Source of the DNA: Actinomycetota bacterium
GTDB lineage: Bacteria; Actinomycetota; AC-67
Reading direction: 5' to 3'
Assembly: GCA_046712825.1 (NCBI GenBank)
Contig: JBKKCR010000172.1
Coordinates: 1-57,611, forward strand
Length of the DNA: 57,611 bases
Shown: positions 1-11,041 of the stretch, in pieces
How positions within the stretch are numbered: the stretch's first letter is position 1
Layout: every line of letters starts with the position of its first letter
Notes under the pieces: model-generated
The model's input: only the letters and a program-made list of their open reading frames with translations
What the model was told of the DNA's origin: nothing
Database searches by the model: none
Program-made: the position numbers and the translations under genes

Positions 1-54
1 GAGCAGGGCCACGGCGGTCTCGTCGCAGGAGGTCTCGATGCCGAGGGTCAACAT
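1..54 (-). CDS. tsaD: tRNA N6-adenosine threonylcarbamoyltransferase TsaD, N-terminal fragment running off the window
   Basis: Reverse complement of 1..54 reads ATG TTG ACC CTC GGC ATC GAG ACC TCC TGC GAC GAG ACC = MLTLGIETSCDETAVALL, the canonical TsaD/Kae1 N-terminus. It lies 13 nt downstream of rimI. Confidence 0.85.
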   Translation of the reverse strand, partial: MLTLGIETSCDETAVALL

Positions 55-67
55 GACAGACGCCCCA

Positions 68-616
68 TCAGGGGCGCACGCCCTCCGGCAGCTCGGCGGC
101 GATCCGCTCCAGCCGCTCGGCGTAGGCCGGCGTGCGCACCTCGTCGGCCCACATGATCAGGGCGTCCTCCCTCAACTCCTGGTAGTAGTTCTTGCGCACG
201 CCGACCGGGCGGAACCCGAACCACGAATAGAGTCGCTGCGCCGGCCAGTTGGCGACGCGCACCTCGAGCGCGAGCGAGCGCACCGGCCGCCGACGCGCCT
301 CCTCGGTGAGCGCAAGCAGGATCCGCGTCCCGATCTTGCGGTGTTGAGTCGCGGGATCGACGGCGAGCGTCGTGATGTGGCCTTCGTCCAGATGACACAT
401 CAGGCCGCCGTATCCGACCAGCGTCTTGCCCGAGTACGCGACCAGATAGTGACGCGAGGTCCGCTGCGCCAGCTCCGAGAAGAACAGCGCGGCGCTCCAC
501 GGCCGCGGGTACACCAACCGCTCGATCCCGAGCACGTCACGCACGTGCCGGCGCCGCATCGGTGACAGCACGATCGGCGCGGGGTACGGGGGCGGTTCTG
601 CCGGCGCCCGCGCCAT
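68..616 (-). CDS. rimI: ribosomal-protein-alanine N-acetyltransferase (GNAT)
   Basis: 182-aa ORF with a GNAT acetyl-CoA motif (QHRKIGTRIL). Its ATG overlaps the tsaB stop (ATGA). Conserved tsaB-rimI-tsaD synteny. Confidence 0.85.
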   Translation of the reverse strand: MARAPAEPPPYPAPIVLSPMRRRHVRDVLGIERLVYPRPWSAALFFSELAQRTSRHYLVAYSGKTLVGYGGLMCHLDEGHITTLAVDPATQHRKIGTRILLALTEEARRRPVRSLALEVRVANWPAQRLYSWFGFRPVGVRKNYYQELREDALIMWADEVRTPAYAERLERIAAELPEGVRP

Positions 617-1389
617 CAGTTCTCGCTCCCGGTCTCCAAGGTGGGTCTCTCGTCGGCTTTCCTCTTCGCTATCTTCACCCGATCGGGCCGTTTGATCACA
701 ACCCCTTGCCGGTCCCAGGCGATCTCGGCGTCCGTCTTGCGTACATAGAGCGGTTCCAGCTCGAGCAACGGGTCGGTGTCCTCGCGGATGAATCGCGGTA
801 TGGCCAGCTCGACCAGCGCCGTCGCGGTCGGGTAGGCCTGGGACTGCGAGGCGAACTCGGCACGCGCCGCGGTCAGCTTGTCGCGGTAGGCGAGCGCGCC
901 GTTGCCGACGAACAAGACCTCCTCGCCGCGGGCCTGGACCTCGCCGGCGAGCCGCCCCGGCGGCCAGGCCACGTACTCGGAGAGCCGCTGCACGCCTCCC
1001 GGGACCTGCCGGTAGAAGGCGCTGAAGACCTCGCCGCGCCGGGCGTCGACGCAGGCGCAGATGAGCCGCGGCGTGTACCGCACCGAGTACGCGAGCAGGT
1101 CCAGCGACGGGATCCCCACGATCGGGATCCGCAACGCCTGCGCCATGGTCTTCGCCGTCGTTACCCCGACCCGCATGCCGGTGAACAGTCCCGGCCCGAC
1201 TCCGACCGCGATCCCGGCGAGCTGACGCATCGGGATCTCGGCTTCGTCGAGGATGAAGCGGATCGCCGGAACCAGGAACTGCTCGTGGCCCTTGCCGCGC
1301 CCGAGCAGCGCGCTGGCGACGGTGCCCTGCTCGCTGCCGATCGCCGCCGACGACACCGCGGTCGAGGTCTCGATCCCGAGCACGAGCAT
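616..1389 (-). CDS. tsaB: tRNA threonylcarbamoyladenosine biosynthesis protein TsaB
   Basis: Track ORF 616..1581 trimmed to the internal MLVLGIETSTAV start at 1389. That start overlaps the tsaE stop (ATGA). Confidence 0.85.
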   Translation of the reverse strand: MLVLGIETSTAVSSAAIGSEQGTVASALLGRGKGHEQFLVPAIRFILDEAEIPMRQLAGIAVGVGPGLFTGMRVGVTTAKTMAQALRIPIVGIPSLDLLAYSVRYTPRLICACVDARRGEVFSAFYRQVPGGVQRLSEYVAWPPGRLAGEVQARGEEVLFVGNGALAYRDKLTAARAEFASQSQAYPTATALVELAIPRFIREDTDPLLELEPLYVRKTDAEIAWDRQGVVIKRPDRVKIAKRKADERPTLETGSEN

Positions 1390-1904
1390 CAGCTCTGCTC
1401 CTCCGCTGCTTTGCCGTTGCCGGAGTCCCACACGGCCAACACGTGCTCGAGCTCGCGGAGTCGCCGCTCCCAGGCCGGGCCGCGCCCGTGGAAGACGATC
1501 AACCGATCCTCGCCAGAGCCGCGACGGATGTCGACCTCGAGCAGGGACGGCGGCAGGAGCGCCCCGACGGCGTCGCCCCACTCGATGAACACGACCCAGC
1601 GCGGGTCGAGGAACTCCTCGTAGCCGAGGTCGGTGAGCTCCTGAAGGTTGCTCAGCCGGTAGACGTCGAGGTGCAGGATCGGGAACGTCCCTTGGTACTC
1701 CTTGACCAGAACGAACGACGGGCTGGTGACGCGGTCGGTCACTCCGAGCGCGGCCGCGGCTCCTTGAACGAAGCAGGTCTTCCCCGCGCCGAGGTCTCCG
1801 GAAAGCGCGACGACGTCGCCGGGGAGCATCACCGGCGCGACGGCCGCGGCGACGGCCTTCGTCTCGTCAGGAGTGTTCGTGCGACAGCGGATGCGTCTGC
1901 CCAC
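1389..1904 (-). CDS. tsaE: tRNA threonylcarbamoyladenosine biosynthesis ATPase TsaE
   Basis: 171 aa with P-loop GDLGAGKT and the typical YjeF/YjeE-family layout. Adjacent to tsaB. Confidence 0.85.
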   Translation of the reverse strand: MGRRIRCRTNTPDETKAVAAAVAPVMLPGDVVALSGDLGAGKTCFVQGAAAALGVTDRVTSPSFVLVKEYQGTFPILHLDVYRLSNLQELTDLGYEEFLDPRWVVFIEWGDAVGALLPPSLLEVDIRRGSGEDRLIVFHGRGPAWERRLRELEHVLAVWDSGNGKAAEEQS

Positions 1905-1910
1905 AGGTCC

Positions 1911-2525
1911 TCATTGGGAGAAGAGGCCGAGCTGCTCGCCGGGGTCCTCGATCGCCTCTTCCGGCGTCTCGTCGAGGATCTTGCGGATCAGCATGAAGTC
2001 CTGCTCAACCTGCTGCATCTGAAGTCCGGCCGCGCCGCCGCGCAGGATGGCGGCTGGATGGAACGTCGGGATCAGGACGCGCCCTCGCCAGTCGAACCGT
2101 TGCCCGCGCACCTTGGTGATGCCGACCTTGCGGCCGAGCAGCAGCTGGGTCGCGAAGTTTCCCAACGTCGCGATCACCGTCGGATCGATGAGGTCGATCT
2201 GCTCTTTGAGCCAGGGCTTACAGGACTCGATCTCGTCGGGCATCGGGTCGCGGTTGCCGGGAGGCCGGCATTTGAGAACGTTCGCGATATACACGTCGGA
2301 GCGCTGAAGTCCGATGTCTCCGAGAAGCCTGGTGAGCAACTGGCCGGCCGCTCCGACGAACGGCTCTCCCTGCTTGTCCTCGTGGAAGCCCGGCGCCTCG
2401 CCGATGAACATGAGGTTGGCGGTTGGGTGACCGACGCCGAAGACCACCTGCGTCCGGCCGGCGGCGAGCCGACACTTTGTGCAGGTGAGCGCCTCTTGCT
2501 TGACCTCTTCGAGCGTCCGAGTCAC
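1911..2525 (-). CDS. uracil-DNA glycosylase, family 4
   Basis: 204 aa with N-terminal Cys cluster CTKCRL, GEAPG motif, and HPAAILR near the C-terminus. Confidence 0.8.
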   Translation of the reverse strand: MTRTLEEVKQEALTCTKCRLAAGRTQVVFGVGHPTANLMFIGEAPGFHEDKQGEPFVGAAGQLLTRLLGDIGLQRSDVYIANVLKCRPPGNRDPMPDEIESCKPWLKEQIDLIDPTVIATLGNFATQLLLGRKVGITKVRGQRFDWRGRVLIPTFHPAAILRGGAAGLQMQQVEQDFMLIRKILDETPEEAIEDPGEQLGLFSQ

Positions 2526-2573
2526 CGATAGCCCCGGGCGATTCTACGCGGCGACCGCGCGACACCCAAAGGT

Positions 2574-3617
2574 CTAGCCGGCGAGGGCCGGGACCCGTCC
2601 GAGGAACCCGCGCAGACGCGCGTTGAACGAGTGGGGGCGCTCCAGCATCGACATGTGCCCGGCGTCACGGATCACAGCAAGCTCGGCACCTTTGATCGCC
2701 TTGGCCATCCGCTCGGCCCCGCCTGGTGGGCACAGACGGTCGTGCGTGCCGGTGACGACCAGCGTCGGGACGTCGATCACGTCGAGCACCTTGCTCACGT
2801 CCAGCCCGAGCAGCGTCGGCAGCAAGCTTGCCCAGACCTCGGTCGGCGTCTCCGCGAGCATCGAGTCGATGAACTCCACCACGGAGGGCAACGACTTCGG
2901 CCCGACCCCCATCGCGCGGACGGCCAGGTAGGCGAGGTCGCGAGAGCGGCCGCGGACCCGGTCGACACGGCCGGCGTTGCTCGCCAAGGCACGCACCGCG
3001 CCTTCCTGAATCATGTTGAGCGCTGCGCTGAGCCGCCGGGCAGCCCCGGGAAGCATCCCGCTCATCACGTCGGCGGCCGTCGTGTTCACGAGCACGATCG
3101 CTCCGACGCGCGACCCGATCTGTTCGGGGAACAGTTCGGCGAACTTCAGGACGGTCATGCCGCCCATGCTGTGCCCGACCAGCGCGACGGGATCGTTCCC
3201 ACCGTACGTGCGGACCACCGTCTCGAGATCGCGGGCCAGCGCCTCGAGCGACCAGTCGCCGTCGCGCGCCTTCTCCGATCGACCGTGACCGCGCGCGTCG
3301 TACATCAGCAGCCGGTGCGCCGGAGGCAGATCGCGGATCTGGTAATGCCACATGGTCAGGTTCAGCGAGAACCCGTGGACGAGCACGACCGTCGGGCCGC
3401 CGTCCGGTCCGGCCTGCTCGACGTGCAGCCGGGTGCCGTCGAACGACGCTAGAGGTCCGATCGATTCGCCGCGCAACTCTCCGAATGGCTCTTTGGCCTC
3501 GGGGTCGGGCCGCTTTCGGTCGCGTCCGACGAGATACCGTTCGGCGGTGAGGCCCACGGCGGTACCCGCGGCGAGCGCGCCCAGCAGCAGGCCGCGACGA
3601 CGCTTCTTGGGATCCAT
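2574..3617 (-). CDS. alpha/beta-fold hydrolase with N-terminal membrane anchor
   Basis: 347 aa with a hydrophobic N-terminal segment, VLVHGF oxyanion region and GHSMGG nucleophile elbow. Confidence 0.75.
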   Translation of the reverse strand: MDPKKRRRGLLLGALAAGTAVGLTAERYLVGRDRKRPDPEAKEPFGELRGESIGPLASFDGTRLHVEQAGPDGGPTVVLVHGFSLNLTMWHYQIRDLPPAHRLLMYDARGHGRSEKARDGDWSLEALARDLETVVRTYGGNDPVALVGHSMGGMTVLKFAELFPEQIGSRVGAIVLVNTTAADVMSGMLPGAARRLSAALNMIQEGAVRALASNAGRVDRVRGRSRDLAYLAVRAMGVGPKSLPSVVEFIDSMLAETPTEVWASLLPTLLGLDVSKVLDVIDVPTLVVTGTHDRLCPPGGAERMAKAIKGAELAVIRDAGHMSMLERPHSFNARLRGFLGRVPALAG

Positions 3618-3623
3618 GAGAGC

Positions 3624-4736
3624 CTAGTCTAGGAACACGCGCTCGAGGCGCTGCGTAAGCAGGGTGACGACTTCGTAGTTGATCGTCCCGATCCGTCCGG
3701 CGACGTCTTCCGCAGAGATGCGCTCGGAACCCTGCGTTCCGATCAGCACGGCTTCGTCGCCGACTTCGCACGTGTCGTCGCCGAGATCGGCCATGAACGA
3801 GTCCATGCACACCGTCCCGACGGTCGGGTATCGCCGGCCGCCGACGAGCACCTCGGCGTTGCCCGACAGCGCACGCACCCAACCGTCGGCGTATCCGAGC
3901 GGCAGCGACACGATCGTGCCGGGCCGCTCGAGCTTGTATCGCAGTCCGTACGACACGCCCTCTCCGGTCGCGACGCGTTTCACCATCGCGATCTTCGCTT
4001 TCAAAGAGAGCGCCGGCGTCAGGGGAACGATCCCGGCGAGCGCGGGCGCCGGCGTCAGGCCGTACGTCGCGATCCCAACCCGCACGAGGTCGAAGTGGGC
4101 GTCCGGACGTGTCAGCGCAGCGGCCGAGTTCCCCATGTGCTTGATCGCCGGAGTGACGCCCAGCGCTCCGAGCCGCTCGATCGCATCGTTGAATCGCTCG
4201 ATCTGCCTGTCGATGAACGGGTTGCCGGGGTCGTCGGCGAACGCGAAGTGCGAGAACACGCCTTCGACGTTGAGTCGCCGCTCCTTCGCCAGAGCTTTCG
4301 CGAACTCCTCGAGCTGCTCGTGCGGCACCCCCAGCCGGTTCAGGCCGGTGTCGACCTTGAGGTGAACGGAGATGCCCGCGTTCGCGCGCTCGGCGGCTTC
4401 GCCGAGGCCCGCGATCCCCTGCTCCGTGAAAACACTGGGCGTCAGCCGGTGGCGGACAACATCGTCCGCGCGGTCCGGCGGTGGCTCGTGCAGCAGGAGG
4501 ATCGGCGCCTCGATCCCCGCCTCGCGCAGCCGGATCGCCTCGTCGACCAGGATCACGCCGAGCCACGACGCGCCGGCTCGCAGCGCGGCGATCGCTACCG
4601 GCACGTCGCCGTGCCCGTACGCGTTCGCCTTCACGACCGCGAGGTATTCCGTCCCCGGCGTGAGGTGCTCCATGATCGCGCGGACGTTGGAGCCGACCGC
4701 TCGGAGATCGATCTCGACCCAGGCTGGACGCGTCAT
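3624..4736 (-). CDS. alr: alanine racemase
   Basis: Track ORF trimmed to MTRPAWVEIDL at 4736, which overlaps the nnr stop (ATGA). Contains the PLP-lysine motif VVKANAYGHG. Confidence 0.9.
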   Translation of the reverse strand: MTRPAWVEIDLRAVGSNVRAIMEHLTPGTEYLAVVKANAYGHGDVPVAIAALRAGASWLGVILVDEAIRLREAGIEAPILLLHEPPPDRADDVVRHRLTPSVFTEQGIAGLGEAAERANAGISVHLKVDTGLNRLGVPHEQLEEFAKALAKERRLNVEGVFSHFAFADDPGNPFIDRQIERFNDAIERLGALGVTPAIKHMGNSAAALTRPDAHFDLVRVGIATYGLTPAPALAGIVPLTPALSLKAKIAMVKRVATGEGVSYGLRYKLERPGTIVSLPLGYADGWVRALSGNAEVLVGGRRYPTVGTVCMDSFMADLGDDTCEVGDEAVLIGTQGSERISAEDVAGRIGTINYEVVTLLTQRLERVFLD

Positions 4737-6265
4737 CCAGCCACCTCGTGCAAGACCTCGGGCAACAGCTCGATGAGCATCGAAGCGTTCGCCGGGTGCG
4801 GCGCGTATCGCTCGGCGGCGAGATCGCCGGCGCGCCCGTGGATCCACGCGGCGGCAGCGGTGGTGAGCAGATCCGTACGTCCCTCCCCCACTTTCAGCTC
4901 CTGCGCCAGGAGCGCCGCGGTCAGCCCCGTCAGCACGTCGCCGGTTCCCCCTTGAGCGAGTGCTGGTCCTCCGGTCGGGTTCACGTACGAGACGCCGTCC
5001 CGGTCCGCGATCACGGTTCCCGGCCCTTTCAGCAGCACGACGGCTTGCAGCCGGGCCGCGGCATGGCGCGCCGCCGCGAGACGATCGCCTTCGATCTCGT
5101 CGTCGGGCCGTCCGACGAGCCGCGAAAGCTCGCGCGTGTGCGGGGTCAGGACTTTCGACGCCGGGCCTCGCGCGAGCAAGTCGGGCGCGCCGGCGAAGGC
5201 CGTGAGCGCGTCGGCGTCGAGCACGAGGGGCAGCTCCAGCTCAGCGACGAGCGCTCTGATCAACTCTGCGGTCGCGGGGTGCGTGGACAGGCCCGGCCCG
5301 AGCGCCGCGACGTGGAACTCGCCGAGCCGCGGCCGCAGCAGCTCGATGCCTTTGGGGTCGATCGTGCCGTCTCCCGTCTCCGGCAGTGGGATGGCGGTGA
5401 CCTCGGGCACGCGTCCGATGATGGTGGGAACGACCGACTCGGGCGCGGCGACGACCGTGAGCCCGGCGCCGCTGTGAACGCAGGCGCCGGCGGTCAGCGC
5501 GGCCGCACCGGGAAGTCCACGCGAGCCGACCACAAGCAACACCGTCCCGACGCGCCGCTTGTTCGACGACGCCTGCCGGATGGGCAGCAGCGCGCGCACG
5601 TCGGCGGCCTCGAGCGCGGACGCCGTCCCGCCGCGCAGATCCCCGGGGATCCCGATGTCGGCGACCTCGACCCGCCCTGCCGCCGAACGTCCGGGCTCGA
5701 ACATGAGACCGGGCTTCAGTCCACCGAGCGTCACGGTTCGCGTCGCGCGCACGGCCCGGCCGCCGACGAGCGCGCCCGTGTCTGAGTCGACGCCGCTCGG
5801 CAGATCGACCGCCACGACGGGGACCGAAACGGATCCCAGACGTTCGATCGCCCCGGCCGCCGCACCCTCAGGCGTCCGAGACAACCCAACCCCGAAGATC
5901 GCGTCGATGATCAGCCCCGCACGACCGAGCTCGCGATCGAGATCTTCGGGCCCTTGGATCCGCCCAGGGAACGCCTGCATCGCCTCGCGCGCGGCCCCTT
6001 GAAGATCGGCACCCAGCAGCATGACCGCCGAGACGCGCGCACCCCACGACATCAGCCATCGGCCGGCCACCAGCCCGTCGCCGGCGTTGTTGCCCTTCCC
6101 ACAGACGATCACGACGCGCCGCCCGTAGGCTCTCCCGAGCAGCTCGCGCGCGGCTCGCGCCACGGCGAAGCCTGCATTCCCCATCAAGGTGGAGGTCGAG
6201 ATCCCGCGCGCCTCGCACGCGGCGTCCTGGCGCCGCACGTCCTCCGCGGTCAGGACGGGAAGCAC
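4733..6265 (-). CDS. nnr: bifunctional NAD(P)H-hydrate epimerase/dehydratase (YjeF N+C domains)
   Basis: 510 aa. The N-terminal part is YjeF_N-like (GKGNNAGDG) and the C-terminal part is a carbohydrate-kinase-like domain (GGTGDVLTG). Confidence 0.85.
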   Translation of the reverse strand: MLPVLTAEDVRRQDAACEARGISTSTLMGNAGFAVARAARELLGRAYGRRVVIVCGKGNNAGDGLVAGRWLMSWGARVSAVMLLGADLQGAAREAMQAFPGRIQGPEDLDRELGRAGLIIDAIFGVGLSRTPEGAAAGAIERLGSVSVPVVAVDLPSGVDSDTGALVGGRAVRATRTVTLGGLKPGLMFEPGRSAAGRVEVADIGIPGDLRGGTASALEAADVRALLPIRQASSNKRRVGTVLLVVGSRGLPGAAALTAGACVHSGAGLTVVAAPESVVPTIIGRVPEVTAIPLPETGDGTIDPKGIELLRPRLGEFHVAALGPGLSTHPATAELIRALVAELELPLVLDADALTAFAGAPDLLARGPASKVLTPHTRELSRLVGRPDDEIEGDRLAAARHAAARLQAVVLLKGPGTVIADRDGVSYVNPTGGPALAQGGTGDVLTGLTAALLAQELKVGEGRTDLLTTAAAAWIHGRAGDLAAERYAPHPANASMLIELLPEVLHEVAG

Positions 6266-6267
6266 CG

Positions 6268-8088
<1,821 letters not shown>

Positions 8089-8168
8089 GGTGTCCGCCCA
8101 GTGTACCGGCCCGGCGTGGAGGGTCTTGCCCCAAAGTTCAGGCCTCCTACCTGCGGAAACGGTGGGAG

Positions 8169-8729
8169 TTACATCGTCGTCCGGTAGCGGAGGTACACCA
8201 TGCCGTTGTCGAAACGGCGATCGTCGAGCAACTCGAGCTTCACGCGGACGTCGTTGGGGAGAGCCCGGTTGCCGCCGCCGACCACGATCGGCGCGACGAA
8301 CAGGTGACACTCGTCGACCGATCCGGCCTTGATCGCCTGTGCTGCGAGGTTGGGACCGGCGATCGTGATGTCACGGCTCTCCGACGCTTTCATCTGCCGC
8401 ACCGCTTCCGGGTCGAAGTCGCGTTCGATCCGCGTCCTGGCGCTGGACACCTTCTCCAGCCTCTTGGAGTACACGATCTTTTCGGCCGCCTGCCATATCT
8501 CCGTGTAGTCCTGCTCGACGGTGGTCTGGTCGGCGAGGGTGTGCGCGGTCTCCCAGTAGACCATCACCTCGTACATGCGTCGTCCGTAGAGATACGTGCC
8601 GATCGGTCGCTGGAGGTCGTTGACAAAGGCATGCACCTCCTCGCCGGGCTCAGCCCAATCGAAGTTGCCGTCCTCGTCGGCTATGTAGCCGTCGAGCGAC
8701 GAGATAACCGAATAGATCAGCTTGGCCAT
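8169..8729 (-). CDS. dihydrofolate reductase-family (RibD C-terminal-like) protein
   Basis: Track ORF trimmed to MAKLIYSVISSLDGYIADEDGNFDW at 8729. Typical RibD_C/DHFR-like sequence. Starts 3 nt after the glmM stop. Confidence 0.75.
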   Translation of the reverse strand: MAKLIYSVISSLDGYIADEDGNFDWAEPGEEVHAFVNDLQRPIGTYLYGRRMYEVMVYWETAHTLADQTTVEQDYTEIWQAAEKIVYSKRLEKVSSARTRIERDFDPEAVRQMKASESRDITIAGPNLAAQAIKAGSVDECHLFVAPIVVGGGNRALPNDVRVKLELLDDRRFDNGMVYLRYRTTM

Positions 8730-8731
8730 AG

Positions 8732-10054
8732 TCAGCCGAGCGTCTCGCGCACAGCTTTCGCGATGCGCTCCGCGGCGGACTGCGCGACGTTCTCGGTGGT
8801 TGCCTCCACCATGACGCGAACCACCGCTTCGGTCCCCGACGGCCGGACCAGCACGCGTCCGTCCGAGCCGAGCTCGCTTTCGACGCGAAGAACCTCGTCC
8901 CACACCGCGTTAGCGTCGTCGAGCCGCTCCTTCGCGACGTCACGGACGTTGATCAGTATCTGCGGCGCACGCGGAGCCAGCGCCGCGAGCGCCGACAGCG
9001 GCTTGCCGCTCGACGCCATCAGCCCGAGCAAGCGAAGCGCGGTCAGTATCCCGTCGCCGGTGGAGTGCTTGTCGAGGAAGATCAAGTGGCCGGACTGCTC
9101 TCCGCCCATGATGATGCTCCGCTCGATCATGGCTTCGAGCACGTAGCGATCCCCGACCACCGTCTCGACGATCTCGATCCCCGCTTCCGACATCGCGCGT
9201 CGGAAGCCGAGGTTGGCCATGACGGTCGACACCACGGCGTCGCCCGGCAGCCTCCCCTGCGTCTTCGCCTCCATCGCGCACGCCGCGAGGATCTGATCGC
9301 CGTCCACGAGCTCTCCCCGCTCGTCCACCGCGATCAGCCGGTCGGCGTCGCCGTCGTGCGCGATGCCGACCTGTGCGCCGCTCTCGACGACCGTGCGCTG
9401 GAGGAACTCGGGGTGGGTCGAGCCGCTGCCGTCGTTGATATTTTTTCCGTCGGGCACGGCGAAGATCGCAGAGACGTCGGCGCCGGCGCGTCGATACGCC
9501 TCGGGCGCCACGTGGAACGCGGCGCCGTTCGCGCAGTCCACGACGACGCGCATCCCTTTCAGGCCCGGCGCGCCGTCGAGCAGGAAATCGAGGTATCGCT
9601 CCTCGGCGTCGGCCGCGTCGGCGCCGCTGCCGGCGGCAACCGCTTCCCCGTTCCCTCGCTCGAGCACGGACTCGATCTGGTCCTCGATCGCGTCGGGGAG
9701 CTTCATCCCGTCGAAGCCGAAGAACTTGATCCCGTTGTCGTCGGCGGCGTTGTGCGAGGCGCTGATGACCGCTCCGGCCTGACAACCGTACGCGCCGGTG
9801 AGATACGCGACTCCGGCTGTCGGGATGACGCCCGCGCGGAGCCCCTCGCCGCCGGCGCGTGCGATGCCGGCGATGAGCGCTTCCTCGAGCGCCGGTCCGG
9901 ACGCGCGCGTGTCGCGTCCGATCAACACCTTGGGTCGCGGATGGCCGCGGCCGAGCACGACGGCGGCCGCGTGACCGAGGTCGGTTGCCAGCTCGACGGT
10001 GAGGTCGTCGCCGAAGCGGCCGCGAACCCCGTCGGTGCCGAAGAGTCTGCCCAT
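8732..10054 (-). CDS. glmM: phosphoglucosamine mutase
   Basis: 440 aa, MGRLFGTDGVRG N-terminus and phosphoserine loop SASHNAADDNGIKFF. Confidence 0.95.
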   Translation of the reverse strand: MGRLFGTDGVRGRFGDDLTVELATDLGHAAAVVLGRGHPRPKVLIGRDTRASGPALEEALIAGIARAGGEGLRAGVIPTAGVAYLTGAYGCQAGAVISASHNAADDNGIKFFGFDGMKLPDAIEDQIESVLERGNGEAVAAGSGADAADAEERYLDFLLDGAPGLKGMRVVVDCANGAAFHVAPEAYRRAGADVSAIFAVPDGKNINDGSGSTHPEFLQRTVVESGAQVGIAHDGDADRLIAVDERGELVDGDQILAACAMEAKTQGRLPGDAVVSTVMANLGFRRAMSEAGIEIVETVVGDRYVLEAMIERSIIMGGEQSGHLIFLDKHSTGDGILTALRLLGLMASSGKPLSALAALAPRAPQILINVRDVAKERLDDANAVWDEVLRVESELGSDGRVLVRPSGTEAVVRVMVEATTENVAQSAAERIAKAVRETLG

Positions 10055-10093
10055 ACCGGCTCCGTTCGGAGTCGCGTTCCTAATGCCGCGCGG

Positions 10094-10492
10094 CTAGCGC
10101 TTCGAGAACTGCGGCGCCTTGCGAGCCTTCTTGAGGCCGTACTTACGGCGCTCTTTGGCTCGCGCGTCTCGCGTCATCATGCCCCTGCGCTTCAGCTCGG
10201 GGCGCAGCGTCGGGTCGGCTTCGACCAACGCGCGGGCGATGCCGTGACGGAGCGCGCCGGCCTGTCCGCTCATGCCACCACCCTCGATGCGCGCCCAGAT
10301 GTCGTAGGCGTCGAACGTGTTCGTGAGCTTCAGCGGCTCGACGACGATCATGCGGAGCACGGGGCGCGGAAAGTAATCCTCGAGCGTGCGGCCGTTCAGG
10401 CTGAACTGGCCGGTGCCGGGGATCAGACGAACGCGCGCGACGGCTTCCTTGCGCCGTCCCGTCGCGCGGACGGTCTCGCCGAGTGTCGCCAC
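10094..10492 (-). CDS. rpsI: 30S ribosomal protein S9
   Basis: GTG start at 10492, 3 nt after the rplM stop. Contains [10 protein letters not shown] and the C-terminus [12 protein letters not shown]. Confidence 0.95.
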   Translation of the reverse strand: MATLGETVRATGRRKEAVARVRLIPGTGQFSLNGRTLEDYFPRPVLRMIVVEPLKLTNTFDAYDIWARIEGGGMSGQAGALRHGIARALVEADPTLRPELKRRGMMTRDARAKERRKYGLKKARKAPQFSKR

Positions 10493-10494
10493 GC

Positions 10495-10947
10495 CTAAGC
10501 TCCCTTCCGTTGGCCGTTGAGCATCGCCCGCGGCTGTGGATTCTGCGAGCCGTGCGGATGCTCGGGCCCGTCGTAGACCTTGAGCTTCTTGAACATCGCG
10601 CGCCCGAGCCGGTTGTGCGGCAGCATGCCCCGGACGGCCTTCTCGACCGCGAAAGACGGCCGGGTAGCGATCAGCTTGCTGTAAGGGACCTGCGTGATAC
10701 CGCCCGGGTAGCCCGAGTGGCGCACGTACATCTTCTGCTCCAGCTTGTTGCCGGTCAGCTTCACGGACTTCGCGTTGATCACGATCACGTAGTCGCCGGT
10801 GTCCGCGTGTGGGGCAAAGATCGGCTTGTGCTTGCCGCGCAGGACATGGGCGATCTCGGCCGCCAGGCGGCCGAGCACCTGGCCGTCTGCGTCGACGACC
10901 CACCAGGCGCGCTTGATATCAGTTGGTTTAGGAGAGAAGGTCTTCAC
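10495..10947 (-). CDS. rplM: 50S ribosomal protein L13
   Basis: 150 aa with a GTG start, [20 protein letters not shown]. Confidence 0.95.
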   Translation of the reverse strand: MKTFSPKPTDIKRAWWVVDADGQVLGRLAAEIAHVLRGKHKPIFAPHADTGDYVIVINAKSVKLTGNKLEQKMYVRHSGYPGGITQVPYSKLIATRPSFAVEKAVRGMLPHNRLGRAMFKKLKVYDGPEHPHGSQNPQPRAMLNGQRKGA

Positions 10948-10976
10948 AGAGAAAAACCCCTGGTCAGCGGCCCTGA

Positions 10977-11005
10977 ATGCTACCGGCGCCGGGGGGTCGG
11001 GTCAA
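10977..11005 (-). promoter_or_regulatory. sigma-70-like promoter upstream of rplM-rpsI
   Basis: Minus strand reads TTGACC-17 nt-TAGCAT, about 30 nt upstream of the rplM GTG. Confidence 0.45.
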
Positions 11006-11041
11006 CCTGAACGGCGTTGTCCCAGTCCGCCGTGCGGATGC

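Noticed and set aside
616-1581. Long N-terminal extensions suggested by the track for tsaB, alr, glmS, the DHFR-like gene, rpsI, rpsH, rplB, rplW, rplC, rpsJ, rplA, rpmD, rpmG and the anti-sigma factor.
   Set aside because: The extensions are Arg-rich and overlap the upstream gene. In each case an internal ATG or GTG reproduces the conserved family N-terminus and sits at or next to the upstream stop codon, often as an ATGA/GTGA overlap.
8089-8168. A glmS ribozyme upstream of glmS.
   Set aside because: The spacer is only 80 nt and lacks the conserved ribozyme core sequences.
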